The notes: generated by a model not told the origin, from the sequence alone. Counted from the first letter of the stretch, positions 47,228-57,080 are shown. The stretch is 64,000 bases of DNA from an uncultured virus (IMG/VR IMGVR_UViG_3300020404_001307) (IMGVR_UViG_3300020404_001307), one strand, 5' to 3'. Made by a program: numbers and translations.

Positions 47228-49003
47228 ATGAAATGGATAGGTCAGCATATATGGGATTTTATATCTCGATTCCGAAATGATGTATACTTAGAAGATCTTA
47301 CTGAGTCAGCTCAAGACCACGTTGTCGGTATTGATACCAACGGCAAGCTATACAAACAAGATGTTTCTACTGGTGACATAACTAGTGTTACAGCAGGAGA
47401 TGCTTTGACTGGAGGCGGAACAAGTGGAGCGGTTACTATAAACCACGAAGATACATCATCTCAAGCTAGTGTTGATAACAGTGGTTCAACATTTATACAA
47501 GATGTAACGCTAGACACATATGGTCACGTTACTGGACTAACTTCAGTAGCCGTACCAACTTTAAATCAAAACACAACAGGGCAAGCTGGTACTGTCGCTA
47601 CTATAACTGGGTTAGCTCCTGATACAGCTACAACGCAGGCAACACAACCAAATATAACTACCATGACTGGTTTTTTAGGTGGTACTGCAAACGCTTTAAT
47701 AACAGATGATGGTGATGGAACCGTAACATCAGAATCATCGCTTATTTATACTACTAGTTTTGGAACAGCATTAACTATGTCTAGTGTGCTACCAGTGATT
47801 AATATAAATAATACTAATAATGATAGTGGAGGTGGTGCTTTACGTCTTCAAAATCTTAGAGGTTCAGGTGGTCATAATCCTCTTAGTATTAATGATAAAC
47901 TAGGAACTATTCAATTTAGTGGAGGCGATTCACTTGGAACCTTTACTAACTACGCTATGATTTATGGTGACGTTAGAAGCTCTACTAATACAGACGAAGC
48001 TGGTCGTTTATATTTACAAGTAGCTACTAGTGACGGAACAACCACTGCTTTACAAAACGGTTTACTTTTAACTGGAGATCCTACTGGCAATAAAATAGAT
48101 GTAGACTTAGGAAATGGAGGAACATCCACTACAACAATAGCTGGAACATTAACAATGGGGACCACAGCGGCAATGACTAATGCTGGTTTATTATCTGTTG
48201 CAGCACAAACAAATATAACATCGCTAGGAACTTTAACTAACTTACAAGTTGATGACGTTAATATAAATAGTAATATTATAGGAAATGTAGGAGGAGATCT
48301 GTCTGTATTATCAAGTGGAGATTTATTTTTAAGTGGCGCTACAAACGTTGTAGTTCAAGCGGGAAGGCTAGATATATCTGGTACTAGCGCTTCAGCTGGG
48401 CATGTAAATTTATACGAAGACACAGATAATGGAACGAACGCTATAAAGCTTATAGGGCCAACATCTTGTAGCGATCAAACAATAACACTACCTGATGCTA
48501 CTGGAACTGTAGCTTTAACTGATACAGCTAGATCATTTATTAATTTAAGACAAGATGATTTATATATTCAGTTTATGTCACAACAAAATAGATGGTACGG
48601 GACAAGAGCTGGTACAAGTATAGGTACAGGTAGCACATTAGATGGTGTTGGTATTAATAATAGAGTTGCTATACTTAATTCAGGATTCACGGCTACAAGA
48701 AACTGTACGCTACACAGAGTTCAAATAACATTTTACCCAAGTCAAACACATGATCTTGAATTTGAAATACTTAAAATACCTTTTGTTAATGATTCTACTT
48801 CCCTTATTACCGCAGCTAAAATGACACATACGGATTGTGATGGTAGTTATACAGCAAATAGAAATTACACTAAAACGTTTACAATAACAGGTGGTAATAC
48901 ATTAACAGCTGGACAAGGTATTATTTTTGCTTTAAGAAGAACAACAGCGGGTAGTACTCCTTTTATTAATGGTATGTTAATAGGGGAAATAGAAATGACT
49001 TAA
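47228..49003 (+). CDS. Tail fibre / receptor-binding protein
   Basis: T/G-rich; GDITSVTAG..LTGGG, Q.NIT repeats, TITLPDATGTVAL fibre motifs. Confidence 0.75.
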   Translation: MKWIGQHIWDFISRFRNDVYLEDLTESAQDHVVGIDTNGKLYKQDVSTGDITSVTAGDALTGGGTSGAVTINHEDTSSQASVDNSGSTFIQDVTLDTYGHVTGLTSVAVPTLNQNTTGQAGTVATITGLAPDTATTQATQPNITTMTGFLGGTANALITDDGDGTVTSESSLIYTTSFGTALTMSSVLPVININNTNNDSGGGALRLQNLRGSGGHNPLSINDKLGTIQFSGGDSLGTFTNYAMIYGDVRSSTNTDEAGRLYLQVATSDGTTTALQNGLLLTGDPTGNKIDVDLGNGGTSTTTIAGTLTMGTTAAMTNAGLLSVAAQTNITSLGTLTNLQVDDVNINSNIIGNVGGDLSVLSSGDLFLSGATNVVVQAGRLDISGTSASAGHVNLYEDTDNGTNAIKLIGPTSCSDQTITLPDATGTVALTDTARSFINLRQDDLYIQFMSQQNRWYGTRAGTSIGTGSTLDGVGINNRVAILNSGFTATRNCTLHRVQITFYPSQTHDLEFEILKIPFVNDSTSLITAAKMTHTDCDGSYTANRNYTKTFTITGGNTLTAGQGIIFALRRTTAGSTPFINGMLIGEIEMT

Positions 49004-49014
49004 AATAATTAATT

Positions 49015-49371
49015 ATGGCATTAGCAGATAAAAAATATACAGAATTATATGGGTCAAGTAAAAAAACAGCTATAGAGGCTGTTCATGCAGAAGGCTTGCT
49101 ATCGCATATGGCGGATAATCCAGAAGATGATCCTTTTTTATCATCTGTTTTAAAAGAAATAAAAGACTTACAAGAAGAGTTAGATAGTCTTAGAACAGAG
49201 ATAGCTACTAATAAAGCTAAAAAGCCTATAGCAACTGGAGCTAATACAGTAGTATCATTTGGTGATATGGTTATAAGGCCAAAAGCTTCAAATATAGTAA
49301 TGACTGTTACTTACACTGATCCTTCTAACGGCAAAGTAACAACAAGAACAGCAAAACTAACATTAACGTAA
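49015..49371 (+). CDS. Hypothetical protein (fibre-associated, coiled coil)
   Basis: Heptad LKEIKDLQEELDSLR. Confidence 0.55.
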   Translation: MALADKKYTELYGSSKKTAIEAVHAEGLLSHMADNPEDDPFLSSVLKEIKDLQEELDSLRTEIATNKAKKPIATGANTVVSFGDMVIRPKASNIVMTVTYTDPSNGKVTTRTAKLTLT

Positions 49372-49685
49372 TGGCAATATATAAAAACATAACTAGCGCT
49401 ACAACAGAAGATCTTATTAAAAAAAATGCTGTTAAAGGTAATGTTAATTGCATAAACCTAACTAACTTTGGAGCTCAACCAGCTACCGTAAGTTTATTTA
49501 CTGAAGACGCCGTTGCCGCTGAGACTACAAATATTGGCAATAACAAGTTTTTCTATATAAATACAATTATACCAAGCAACACAACTTTACAGTTAGATAA
49601 GAATCTTTCTTTTGACTCTAGAATTTATAACTTAAGGATAACAATAGTGGGGACTGCCCCTAAAATATCAGTATTAATAACATAA
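49371..49685 (+). CDS. Putative small structural protein
   Basis: Beta-rich 104-aa ORF. Confidence 0.55.
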   Translation: MAIYKNITSATTEDLIKKNAVKGNVNCINLTNFGAQPATVSLFTEDAVAAETTNIGNNKFFYINTIIPSNTTLQLDKNLSFDSRIYNLRITIVGTAPKISVLIT

Positions 49686-49686
49686 T

Positions 49687-50295
49687 ATGAAACTAAATAA
49701 AGAAATAATAGAAAAGGCCGTAAAAGAAAAAGGCTATAAATGGTTTGAAACAGGTGACTATAATATTAACATAGTCGGTGTAAGAAACTCAGACACTGGA
49801 AATGAAGTAACAAATAAGTTTGATGATAAAATAACATTATCCTTCAAGTGCGATGGTCAATGGGAGTTTTATTGTTATGATTGCACTACAGACCCCGGCA
49901 GATATTGGGTGGAGAATATAATGAGAAAGGAAGGTGTGGCAGTCTTAAAGGAAGGGCAATATCCCGGTTCTCATAAAATTAGATTACACCAAGGTAGATA
50001 CGAAGCGTTAGGGCAAAATGGTCCTGTTACAGTGTATAGAGATGCTAATAAAGATGATAAGTTTGATCTAAGTAATGACAATACACAAACGGGTTTGTAC
50101 GGAATCAATATACATCGAGCTACTAAATGGGGTGGTAAAAAATCTAAGCAAGTAGATAAGTGGTCAGCTGGGTGTCAAGTAATAGCGGCTAATGATGATT
50201 GGCATGAATTTATGGATATATGTAGAGTCGCTAAAGATAAGTGGGGTAATAGCTTTACTTATACGTTATTAGATAGTAAAGATTTAAAATTATAA
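49687..50295 (+). CDS. Putative endolysin (L,D-transpeptidase/YkuD-like catalytic motif)
   Basis: GINIHRA...WSAGCQV His/Cys motif; TTDPG. Confidence 0.65.
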   Translation: MKLNKEIIEKAVKEKGYKWFETGDYNINIVGVRNSDTGNEVTNKFDDKITLSFKCDGQWEFYCYDCTTDPGRYWVENIMRKEGVAVLKEGQYPGSHKIRLHQGRYEALGQNGPVTVYRDANKDDKFDLSNDNTQTGLYGINIHRATKWGGKKSKQVDKWSAGCQVIAANDDWHEFMDICRVAKDKWGNSFTYTLLDSKDLKL

Positions 50296-50297
50296 TT

Positions 50298-50906
50298 ATG
50301 GCATTTAAAATGAAGGGTACTGGGGCTGGTCATGGCACAGGTTCTGGGCCAAGTCCAAATAAGCTAGACCCTGTTAAAAAACAGGCACTTAAAACTGGCG
50401 CTAAGTTAGTAGGTAAAAGATTACTTGGTGCTGCGTTGGGTCCTATTGGTTGGGCATGGACCGCTATGGACATTGCTAAAGCTGGTTACGATTATCACAA
50501 AAAAAATCAAGAAAAAAAGAACAAACAACAGCCTACTAAAACTGTAGATGAAAACGTAGAAAAAAATACTAACGTAGTAGATCAGCCCTCGATAGAAAGA
50601 GGTACAACTATAGGTGCTGTAGAAGCACAAACAGCGGGGCCTTCACAAGAAGTACAAACAACTAAACCTTCGCAAGAAACAAAAACAGCGCCTACTGAAA
50701 ATGTTAAAAAGAAAAGCACTGTTAGTAAACCAAAAACTAGTACTAAAAGTTCTAGTGGTAAGCTTACTTACGCTCAAGCTAAAAAGAACGATCCTAATTT
50801 ATCTAAATATATAGCTGAAAGAAAAAAATATAAAAAAGGATCGCCTGAATATAAAGTTGTACAAAACAAAATTAACGCAGCATACAGAGTTAAAAAAAGA
50901 CACTAA
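50298..50906 (+). CDS. Basic protein (MAFKM family)
   Basis: MAFKMKG...SPNK; hydrophobic LLGAALGPIGWAW helix. Confidence 0.65.
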   Translation: MAFKMKGTGAGHGTGSGPSPNKLDPVKKQALKTGAKLVGKRLLGAALGPIGWAWTAMDIAKAGYDYHKKNQEKKNKQQPTKTVDENVEKNTNVVDQPSIERGTTIGAVEAQTAGPSQEVQTTKPSQETKTAPTENVKKKSTVSKPKTSTKSSSGKLTYAQAKKNDPNLSKYIAERKKYKKGSPEYKVVQNKINAAYRVKKRH

Positions 50907-51949
50907 TGAAAAAATTATTATTATTATTTCTGTTAGTTTGTACTGTAAGTACAGCACAGACAAAAGACTTCTTTAAATATTCTACTTTCTATACATCGAT
51001 GTCTATGAATACGTCATTTGTTGAAAGAGAAGATTATAGAGCTGTAAATAAAGGTTATGAAGACATAACTAAAATTAATGCGTACGATTATAATTTAACG
51101 TTAGGTGTGCGCAAAATAGCAAGATTTAATTATGAAACAAAAAGACAGACATGGTATACAGGTACTGAAAGAAACACTGCAGATAACGTCACTATTGGCA
51201 ATGCTAATGGCTGGGAGTATTTGTTTAATTATTCTTTTATACGTAGTCGTGGTGAAAAGTTTACTGAGCAAAATTTTTGGTTACGTTACCTCGGTGATTG
51301 GTTCGTTGCTAAAGCGCAGTATACAGACAATGAAAGGGTAAACTTAAAATATTCATCGTTAGATTATAGAATAAGATTTAATAAAGGTAACTGGGATTTT
51401 ACTATTGGAACAATATTTAGAGTGCACCCAGTATATGGAGTAAATCCTATAGAAGATTTTTGGGTGCCAGGCGAAAGTACATTTCAAGATTTAGCAGAAG
51501 ACTTTGGTTACGTACCTCAACCTTGGAATCAAGGTTTTTATATAGATCAAAACTGGTACGACGTTAGTGGTGGAGACTCGGTATTAGTAGCTACCTCTAA
51601 TAATGAGTTCTTCAACCACTACTTCGGTGACGCAGTCGCGAGATACAATGAACGTGAACTTGATAAATTAGGTTTACAAAAAGAATTAAGTGCCGTACTA
51701 GGAGTTGCTTATTATAAGTATACACCTAAATTTTGGCTACACACGTGGTATAATTTTTTACCATATCACTATGGGCTAGATGATTACTCGTATAAATATG
51801 AAGACAGCATGGCAGAGTGGGACGCTGGTATTATATTTGGAACTAAGATAACTAAAAGCTTAGGTTTATTTGTAGAAGGTATACACATGAGATATTGGGG
51901 TAAAGAAATATACGAAGTAAAATTTGGGTTTAACTATTTAATATTTTAA
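50906..51949 (+). CDS. Putative outer-membrane beta-barrel protein
   Basis: Sec signal MKKLLLLFLLVCTVSTA-Q; aromatic alternating strands; C-terminal VKFGFNYLIF. Confidence 0.65.
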   Translation: MKKLLLLFLLVCTVSTAQTKDFFKYSTFYTSMSMNTSFVEREDYRAVNKGYEDITKINAYDYNLTLGVRKIARFNYETKRQTWYTGTERNTADNVTIGNANGWEYLFNYSFIRSRGEKFTEQNFWLRYLGDWFVAKAQYTDNERVNLKYSSLDYRIRFNKGNWDFTIGTIFRVHPVYGVNPIEDFWVPGESTFQDLAEDFGYVPQPWNQGFYIDQNWYDVSGGDSVLVATSNNEFFNHYFGDAVARYNERELDKLGLQKELSAVLGVAYYKYTPKFWLHTWYNFLPYHYGLDDYSYKYEDSMAEWDAGIIFGTKITKSLGLFVEGIHMRYWGKEIYEVKFGFNYLIF

Positions 51950-51952
51950 GAT

Positions 51953-52132
51953 ATGACATTTAAATTAAAAAAACTAAAAGACACTAAGCTTGGTAAGTTT
52001 TTTGGCGTAGGCCAAGGAGAAAAAAGAAAAGCTAATAGAGAGCGAAAAAGAGACACTCATAATAGACACGCTAGAAAGACAGAAGGAAGCAGACTTACAC
52101 AATCGCTTAGAAGAAAATTTAATAAAAAATAA
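51953..52132 (+). CDS. Small basic protein (MTFKL, MAFK-like), 59 aa
   Basis: Manual translation MTFKLKKLKDTKLGKFFG... Confidence 0.55.
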   Translation: MTFKLKKLKDTKLGKFFGVGQGEKRKANRERKRDTHNRHARKTEGSRLTQSLRRKFNKK

Positions 52133-52136
52133 AATT

Positions 52137-52850
52137 ATGAAGAAATATATTATAATACTATTTGCGTTTATTAGCTCGTTCGCTAGTGCGCAAGAACTGG
52201 ACTTTCAACAATTATGCATTGAGTGTGCAGAGCAAAACGGTTTTTATTGCGGAGATGATCCAGCAAACTGGACACAGTATTCCCCTAACGGATGTGTGCC
52301 TAATGGTCCAGATTTGTTTTATTTAAATGATGGTTGGTCAGATTGCGTTGACGGTGCTGATGAAGCAGAAGCCGAACCAACAACCATAGAAAGCTGTGGA
52401 CCAATTGGGCCACCACCATGTGATACTGTTTATGTAACAGAGTTTGAAACTATTTATGAAACAATATATGACACTATAACTAACACAGAGTATGTATATG
52501 AAATTATAGTTGATACAGTAGAAGTAGAAGTATTTTTACCTGAATATATTTATATCACTGATACAGTAACAGTATATGAAGATATATTAGATACTTTATT
52601 TGTTGATGTTATTGAATACGTAGATGTATTAGTATATGATACTATTGTAGAAATAGAGTATGTAGAGTTTATAGAGTATATTACAGAGTATGTAGACTGC
52701 GATACTGGGCTACCTTGTAGTTCTAATATAGATGAGCTTATAAATAAATCTAAGCAAAATAGTGTAATATATAATATTAACGGGCAGGCAATAAAAGAGC
52801 AAGAAGGATTATATATTGAAGACGGTAAAATAAAACTTAAAATAAAATAA
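52137..52850 (+). CDS. Secreted protein with LDL-receptor class A-like motif and DT-repeat stalk
   Basis: Signal peptide ...ASA-Q; FYC..GCVP..NDGWSDCVDGADE; C-terminal IYNINGQ..GLYIEDGK. Confidence 0.65.
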   Translation: MKKYIIILFAFISSFASAQELDFQQLCIECAEQNGFYCGDDPANWTQYSPNGCVPNGPDLFYLNDGWSDCVDGADEAEAEPTTIESCGPIGPPPCDTVYVTEFETIYETIYDTITNTEYVYEIIVDTVEVEVFLPEYIYITDTVTVYEDILDTLFVDVIEYVDVLVYDTIVEIEYVEFIEYITEYVDCDTGLPCSSNIDELINKSKQNSVIYNINGQAIKEQEGLYIEDGKIKLKIK

Positions 52851-52852
52851 TT

Positions 52853-53011
52853 ATGTCAAAAGATAAAAGATACAGAGGTAAAACAACTCCTGGTTTAAAA
52901 ATGTGTATGGATAATATCAAAGGTGCTAGTTACAAAAAAGAAACTGCTACAGTTGATGACAAGCCGCCACACTTAAAAAGGTATGATGTTAAAACTAACA
53001 AAGCTAGGTAA
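52853..53011 (+). CDS. Small basic hypothetical protein, 52 aa
   Basis: Manual translation; stop overlaps the next start (TAATG). Confidence 0.5.
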   Translation: MSKDKRYRGKTTPGLKMCMDNIKGASYKKETATVDDKPPHLKRYDVKTNKAR

Positions 53012-53355
53012 TGTCAAAAGAACTTTCAGAAGAAAGCAAGTTTCAAATAAGTGTTAAAACATTAATCAGTATAGTAGTAGCTGTTGCCACTATTATATCT
53101 GCTTATTTTGGTTTAATGGCTAGTATTAATTCTAAGTTTGCAGAACTAGAAGGTAAAGTAGAAAAAGCTTTAGAGTTACCTAAACCAGGAACTGGCACTT
53201 ATACAATAGACATGGGTGATCCAGCGGCTAGCAATACATGGCCGCCAACTCGTATGGAGTTTAATATGAAAGATCAAATGGCTCGTAATAAAATTGATGC
53301 AGTAATAAAGGAAGTAGATGAAATGAAAGACGAAATAAAACTTTTAAGAAAATGA
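53011..53355 (+). CDS. Single-TM membrane protein with coiled coil
   Basis: Hydrophobic helix LISIVVAVATIISAYFGLM. Confidence 0.6.
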   Translation: MSKELSEESKFQISVKTLISIVVAVATIISAYFGLMASINSKFAELEGKVEKALELPKPGTGTYTIDMGDPAASNTWPPTRMEFNMKDQMARNKIDAVIKEVDEMKDEIKLLRK

Positions 53356-53747
53356 CATTAGATATATCTAACTTTATTTATGTATTCGTAATGCTGTTTA
53401 TGTTTTGCATCGGTACATGTTCTGCTCAAGAGTTTGCTGACAATAGTAATTTTAAAAACAAAATAGCAAAAGATGTTGTTGCTGTAGAATTTTGGGCTGA
53501 CTGGAACAAAATGAATCAGTTTAATGAATTAAATAAATTAAAAGGATGTAATGTATATCGCGTGGATATTATGTCATCTATGGACATACAAACAGATTAT
53601 AATATTACAGCTGTACCAACAGTTATTATATTTGATAATGGTGTTGAGAAAGCTCGCTTCAATCCTAACGTAATGTTTAAATTAGAAGCAGATAAAAAAA
53701 CAGTACAACACGTTGTTGATACTATAACACTAAATAAATTTCAATAA
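53352..53747 (+). CDS. Exported thioredoxin-fold protein lacking CxxC
   Basis: VAVEFWADWN (in place of WCxxC), YNITAVPTVIIFDNG; N-terminal hydrophobic signal. Confidence 0.7.
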   Translation: MTLDISNFIYVFVMLFMFCIGTCSAQEFADNSNFKNKIAKDVVAVEFWADWNKMNQFNELNKLKGCNVYRVDIMSSMDIQTDYNITAVPTVIIFDNGVEKARFNPNVMFKLEADKKTVQHVVDTITLNKFQ

Positions 53748-53749
53748 TT

Positions 53750-54097
53750 ATGGCGTTTAAATTAAAACATACCGGTAGAGCATTTCCTTTTAAAACACAT
53801 AAAATGTATAAAGGAAATAAGACTGTTGTAGCTAATACTAAAAAAGAACACGAAGATCTTTCTGACAAAGGTTATGGCCACACGCCTCCACCTACTAAGC
53901 TAACAGACTTAAACAATGATGGTGAGGTAACTAAAGCAGATCACCTTATAAAGTTAGGTAAGATAAACACAGATGGTAGTAAGACTTCTACTTATAAAAA
54001 AACTTTAAAGCCCTGTCAAAAGGCTGCGGCTAAAAAAAAGTTTGATGTATATCCTAGTGCATATGCTAACATGTGGGCTGCTAATCATAAATGTTAA
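53750..54097 (+). CDS. Basic modular protein (MAFKL family)
   Basis: EF-hand/dockerin-like DLNNDGEVTKAD; AKKKFDVYPSAYAN module. Confidence 0.65.
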   Translation: MAFKLKHTGRAFPFKTHKMYKGNKTVVANTKKEHEDLSDKGYGHTPPPTKLTDLNNDGEVTKADHLIKLGKINTDGSKTSTYKKTLKPCQKAAAKKKFDVYPSAYANMWAANHKC

Positions 54098-54100
54098 GTA

Positions 54101-54415
54101 GTGCCTTACAAACAAAAAAGAAATCCAATACCTTTGACTGGATGCGGTAGACGTAGACCAGAAGAAATGACTAACCCTTTTAGAAAGGCTACTAGAAAGG
54201 TTTGTTTGCCTTACAATAAGATTAAAAGTATGAGTAATGATGAAAAGAAAAAGGTAATTAACGCTAAAAAATCTGCAGCTAATAAAGGTAAGCAAGTTAG
54301 AGATAGTAAAAGTTGGATTAGAGATGGTAGTACTAGAAGTGATGGTTTAAAAGACTGGGTTAATCAAGACTGGAGACAAGTTGCTAATCCAGGTAAAAAA
54401 TGCGGAGAAAAATGA
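54101..54415 (+). CDS. Basic hypothetical protein
   Basis: CLP..KIKSMS and GLKDWVNQDW motifs; GTG start. Confidence 0.6.
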   Translation: MPYKQKRNPIPLTGCGRRRPEEMTNPFRKATRKVCLPYNKIKSMSNDEKKKVINAKKSAANKGKQVRDSKSWIRDGSTRSDGLKDWVNQDWRQVANPGKKCGEK

Positions 54416-54711
54416 GTTACGATAATAGAAATGTAGACCCTTTAAAAATAACAGAGAAAGCTTATGAAAGACAAAATCGTAAGATGAGGTCTAAGCATAA
54501 GTCTGAAACCGGTAGAACTTTAGGTAATAGACATTTAACTGGAACTAGCCCGCGTAGAGTTAACTTTGCTTGTAGGTTTGCTGGTATGAAAGGTTCTATG
54601 AAAGATAAAAACGGTGAACCAACTAGATATGCTATGGCTTTAAAAAAGTGGGGATTTGGAAGTAGAGAAGCTGCTAGAAATTTTTGTAATAAAAACAAAA
54701 GTAAAAAATAA
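54412..54711 (+). CDS. Basic hypothetical protein
   Basis: RRVNFACRFAG...ALKKW; likely start MSYD at 54412. Confidence 0.6.
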   Translation: MSYDNRNVDPLKITEKAYERQNRKMRSKHKSETGRTLGNRHLTGTSPRRVNFACRFAGMKGSMKDKNGEPTRYAMALKKWGFGSREAARNFCNKNKSKK

Positions 54712-54986
54712 TGGCTATATACGGTTCGTTCTCATCACCGCAAAAGAAAACAATGGGCGAGTTTAAACACTCAGACGCACCTGATGCTAAAGGTAAGTTT
54801 AAAACGTTATCAGCTTCAGCGTTAGCCTCGTGGCTTATTAAAACTAGAAAAGGAAACTTGTCTAAAATAATAAGTAGTTTAAACCAACAGTACGTTTTTA
54901 ACAGAGGTAAAAATCCTAGCTATGCTCGTAAAATGAAAACAGTTATGAACATAGTTAGAAAACGTTTAGGTAAAAAAGATAAATAA
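54711..54986 (+). CDS. Basic hypothetical protein
   Basis: 91 aa with N-terminal SPQKK. Confidence 0.6.
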   Translation: MAIYGSFSSPQKKTMGEFKHSDAPDAKGKFKTLSASALASWLIKTRKGNLSKIISSLNQQYVFNRGKNPSYARKMKTVMNIVRKRLGKKDK

Positions 54987-55016
54987 AAAAAAAGGGGCCG
55001 AAGCCCCTTTTTATTT
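54985..55016. terminator. Bidirectional rho-independent terminator at the convergence of the two blocks
   Basis: A-run, GGGGC-CGAA-GCCCC hairpin, T-run. Confidence 0.9.
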
Positions 55017-55195
55017 TAGCTATTCTTTATAGCTTGAATTGTTGTTCTCACATTTTGAGCAGCTTCTTTAATTGTCTGCATACTCTTTCTAGCCCTAGTT
55101 CCGGCTGATTTATTTCCACCCATAAACTTTTCTATTTCTTCGTGAGCACTGTGCATTTCATCTTGCATGGCATCTAGTAATTCATTTAAATCCAT
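55016..55195 (-). CDS. Histone H1-like (Hc1-family) small protein, 59 aa
   Basis: Manual translation contains KFMGGNKSAGTRARKSM; not in the ORF track. Confidence 0.7.
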   Translation of the reverse strand: MDLNELLDAMQDEMHSAHEEIEKFMGGNKSAGTRARKSMQTIKEAAQNVRTTIQAIKNS

Positions 55196-55214
55196 ATTAT
55201 AAAATTTTATTTAA

Positions 55215-57080
55215 TTAAACAACTTCACAGTTACCACCAGCGCAAGCAAGCTCACCTGATAGATCTGTGTTATCATCTGTCTCTGTTACTTTCGTTAAAT
55301 CGACATCAGATAATACTTTAGACATTTTATTGTATTCAGCTTCGTCAATGTCTTCAAACGGAGCTTGTGTATATGTACCACCGTCGTATGGTAATACTGA
55401 TAACCCATTGTAATAATCTCTATTACTCCACATCCACTCACCTGCTTTTTTCCACTCATCTTCTTTCAAAGATATTGTAGCTGATACATTGTGAGTATTA
55501 CTACCACGTCTGTGACCAGGCTTAATCCACTCTTGAGCTACACGTTTAACTCTTTCAAGAGTATCAAACGGTGATTCAGTTCTAAGTATTGATTTAGCTG
55601 GAGCTTTTTGTGGTACAGATATTACCGCTGTATCGTGCGGTCTGAAGTATTCATCTTCAATTAATTCTGGATGTGACTTAGATAAATATTTATATATAGC
55701 CTCGTTTTTTCCTACGCGCATCCTACGTACATAATAATCATTATGCCACGCATGAATACCCGAAGACGTTCCGAGGACCAGAGATGTCGTCCCTGCAGGT
55801 TTTACGGTTGTACATCTGGCTGAAGATTTAATCCCTAAGATCTTTGCTGCTCTTGCATTTTCTTTTGTTACGATATTTGCAGCTTCCTTCATATCCATTT
55901 GGAGCACAGCGGCACTCCCTATCCCTGTCATTGACACACCTATAAGAGCGTCTTTCTCTGTTGTCTCTTTCCATATTTCTCTAAGATAATGGAAGTCGGT
56001 ATATGCGGCTTGCAATGTTCCAATAAACGCTGCTGCCTTGACTCTGTTATTAAAATCAGCTTGATCTTCTATATCAGAGACGTTTACTTCGCATAGATTA
56101 CAGAACTGAAAAGGCCTTAGTGCTATCTCACAACAAGGATTAGTTCCCCAGTCCTTATCATTGTTAAGATATATACCAGGCTCACCAGCTCCTGATAACT
56201 CAACCCTTTTCCATAAGTCCATAAAGAACTCTTTAGTTACTTTATGCCTCATTAAAACAGCTGAGTTATTAGCTCTACCTCTTTGTGGGTTAGTTTCCCA
56301 CCAATGTCCTGATTTACAACCTATCATTTCGTTATCGCTAGCAGTAAACAAACTAATTAAAGCAGCTCGTCTAATACCACCAGCTAATACAGCATCAGCT
56401 ATATGACATATGATATCGTGTACTTCAAGAGAAGTTAAAGCGTCACCGTCTTCTTTTGATTGAAGTATACCTTCAACCTTGATTAAACATTCTTTTAATG
56501 GCTGTGGGCCAGGTGCTTTACCACCTGATGTCACTAGCCTAGCACCTTTTGGTCTGATACAAGTATAATCAAAGTTTATCTTAGAAGCCTTCTTGCCGCC
56601 AAGGTAAGACTTAATTAATACTTTAACAGCATCAGACCAACCCTCAATTGAATCACCTATAACAAAACGCTTAGATCTTTTCATATAAGGTTTTGTTATT
56701 ACAGGTAAGTCTTTAATGTGGTGCTGTTGAACCGAATAACCGACTCCACATCCTGAAAGTAATAGAAACATTATCTCGTTAAAAGCTTCGATATCATCTA
56801 CAGGTAAGTATGAACAGTTATATAACCTATTAGGACTTACTTGTATTGGTTTACCAGCAAATTGTAAACTACGCATTGATGGTAAAATCTTTTTATCAAA
56901 TACATAAGTATACGCATCTAATATATCGCTTTTTAATTGTGGGTAATTCTTGATATGCATCTCCAAATTTCTAGTAACTAGCTCGTCCCAAGTTTCTCTA
57001 CGATTTAACTCGGGCATATATCTAGCGTACTTCATATGAACAGTAATATCAGAAAGTATGTTTCTATTAGTGTCTTTCAT
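55215..57080 (-). CDS. nrdJ: Class II (B12-dependent, monomeric RTPR-type) ribonucleotide reductase
   Basis: PSMRSL, YNC, NPCCEI, TTVKPAGT, C-terminal CAGGNC; no beta-subunit gene present. Confidence 0.9.
   Translation of the reverse strand: MKDTNRNILSDITVHMKYARYMPELNRRETWDELVTRNLEMHIKNYPQLKSDILDAYTYVFDKKILPSMRSLQFAGKPIQVSPNRLYNCSYLPVDDIEAFNEIMFLLLSGCGVGYSVQQHHIKDLPVITKPYMKRSKRFVIGDSIEGWSDAVKVLIKSYLGGKKASKINFDYTCIRPKGARLVTSGGKAPGPQPLKECLIKVEGILQSKEDGDALTSLEVHDIICHIADAVLAGGIRRAALISLFTASDNEMIGCKSGHWWETNPQRGRANNSAVLMRHKVTKEFFMDLWKRVELSGAGEPGIYLNNDKDWGTNPCCEIALRPFQFCNLCEVNVSDIEDQADFNNRVKAAAFIGTLQAAYTDFHYLREIWKETTEKDALIGVSMTGIGSAAVLQMDMKEAANIVTKENARAAKILGIKSSARCTTVKPAGTTSLVLGTSSGIHAWHNDYYVRRMRVGKNEAIYKYLSKSHPELIEDEYFRPHDTAVISVPQKAPAKSILRTESPFDTLERVKRVAQEWIKPGHRRGSNTHNVSATISLKEDEWKKAGEWMWSNRDYYNGLSVLPYDGGTYTQAPFEDIDEAEYNKMSKVLSDVDLTKVTETDDNTDLSGELACAGGNCEVV

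Noticed and set aside
47228..49003. Diversity-generating retroelement targeting the tail fibre
   Set aside because: No reverse transcriptase and no template/variable repeat pair seen
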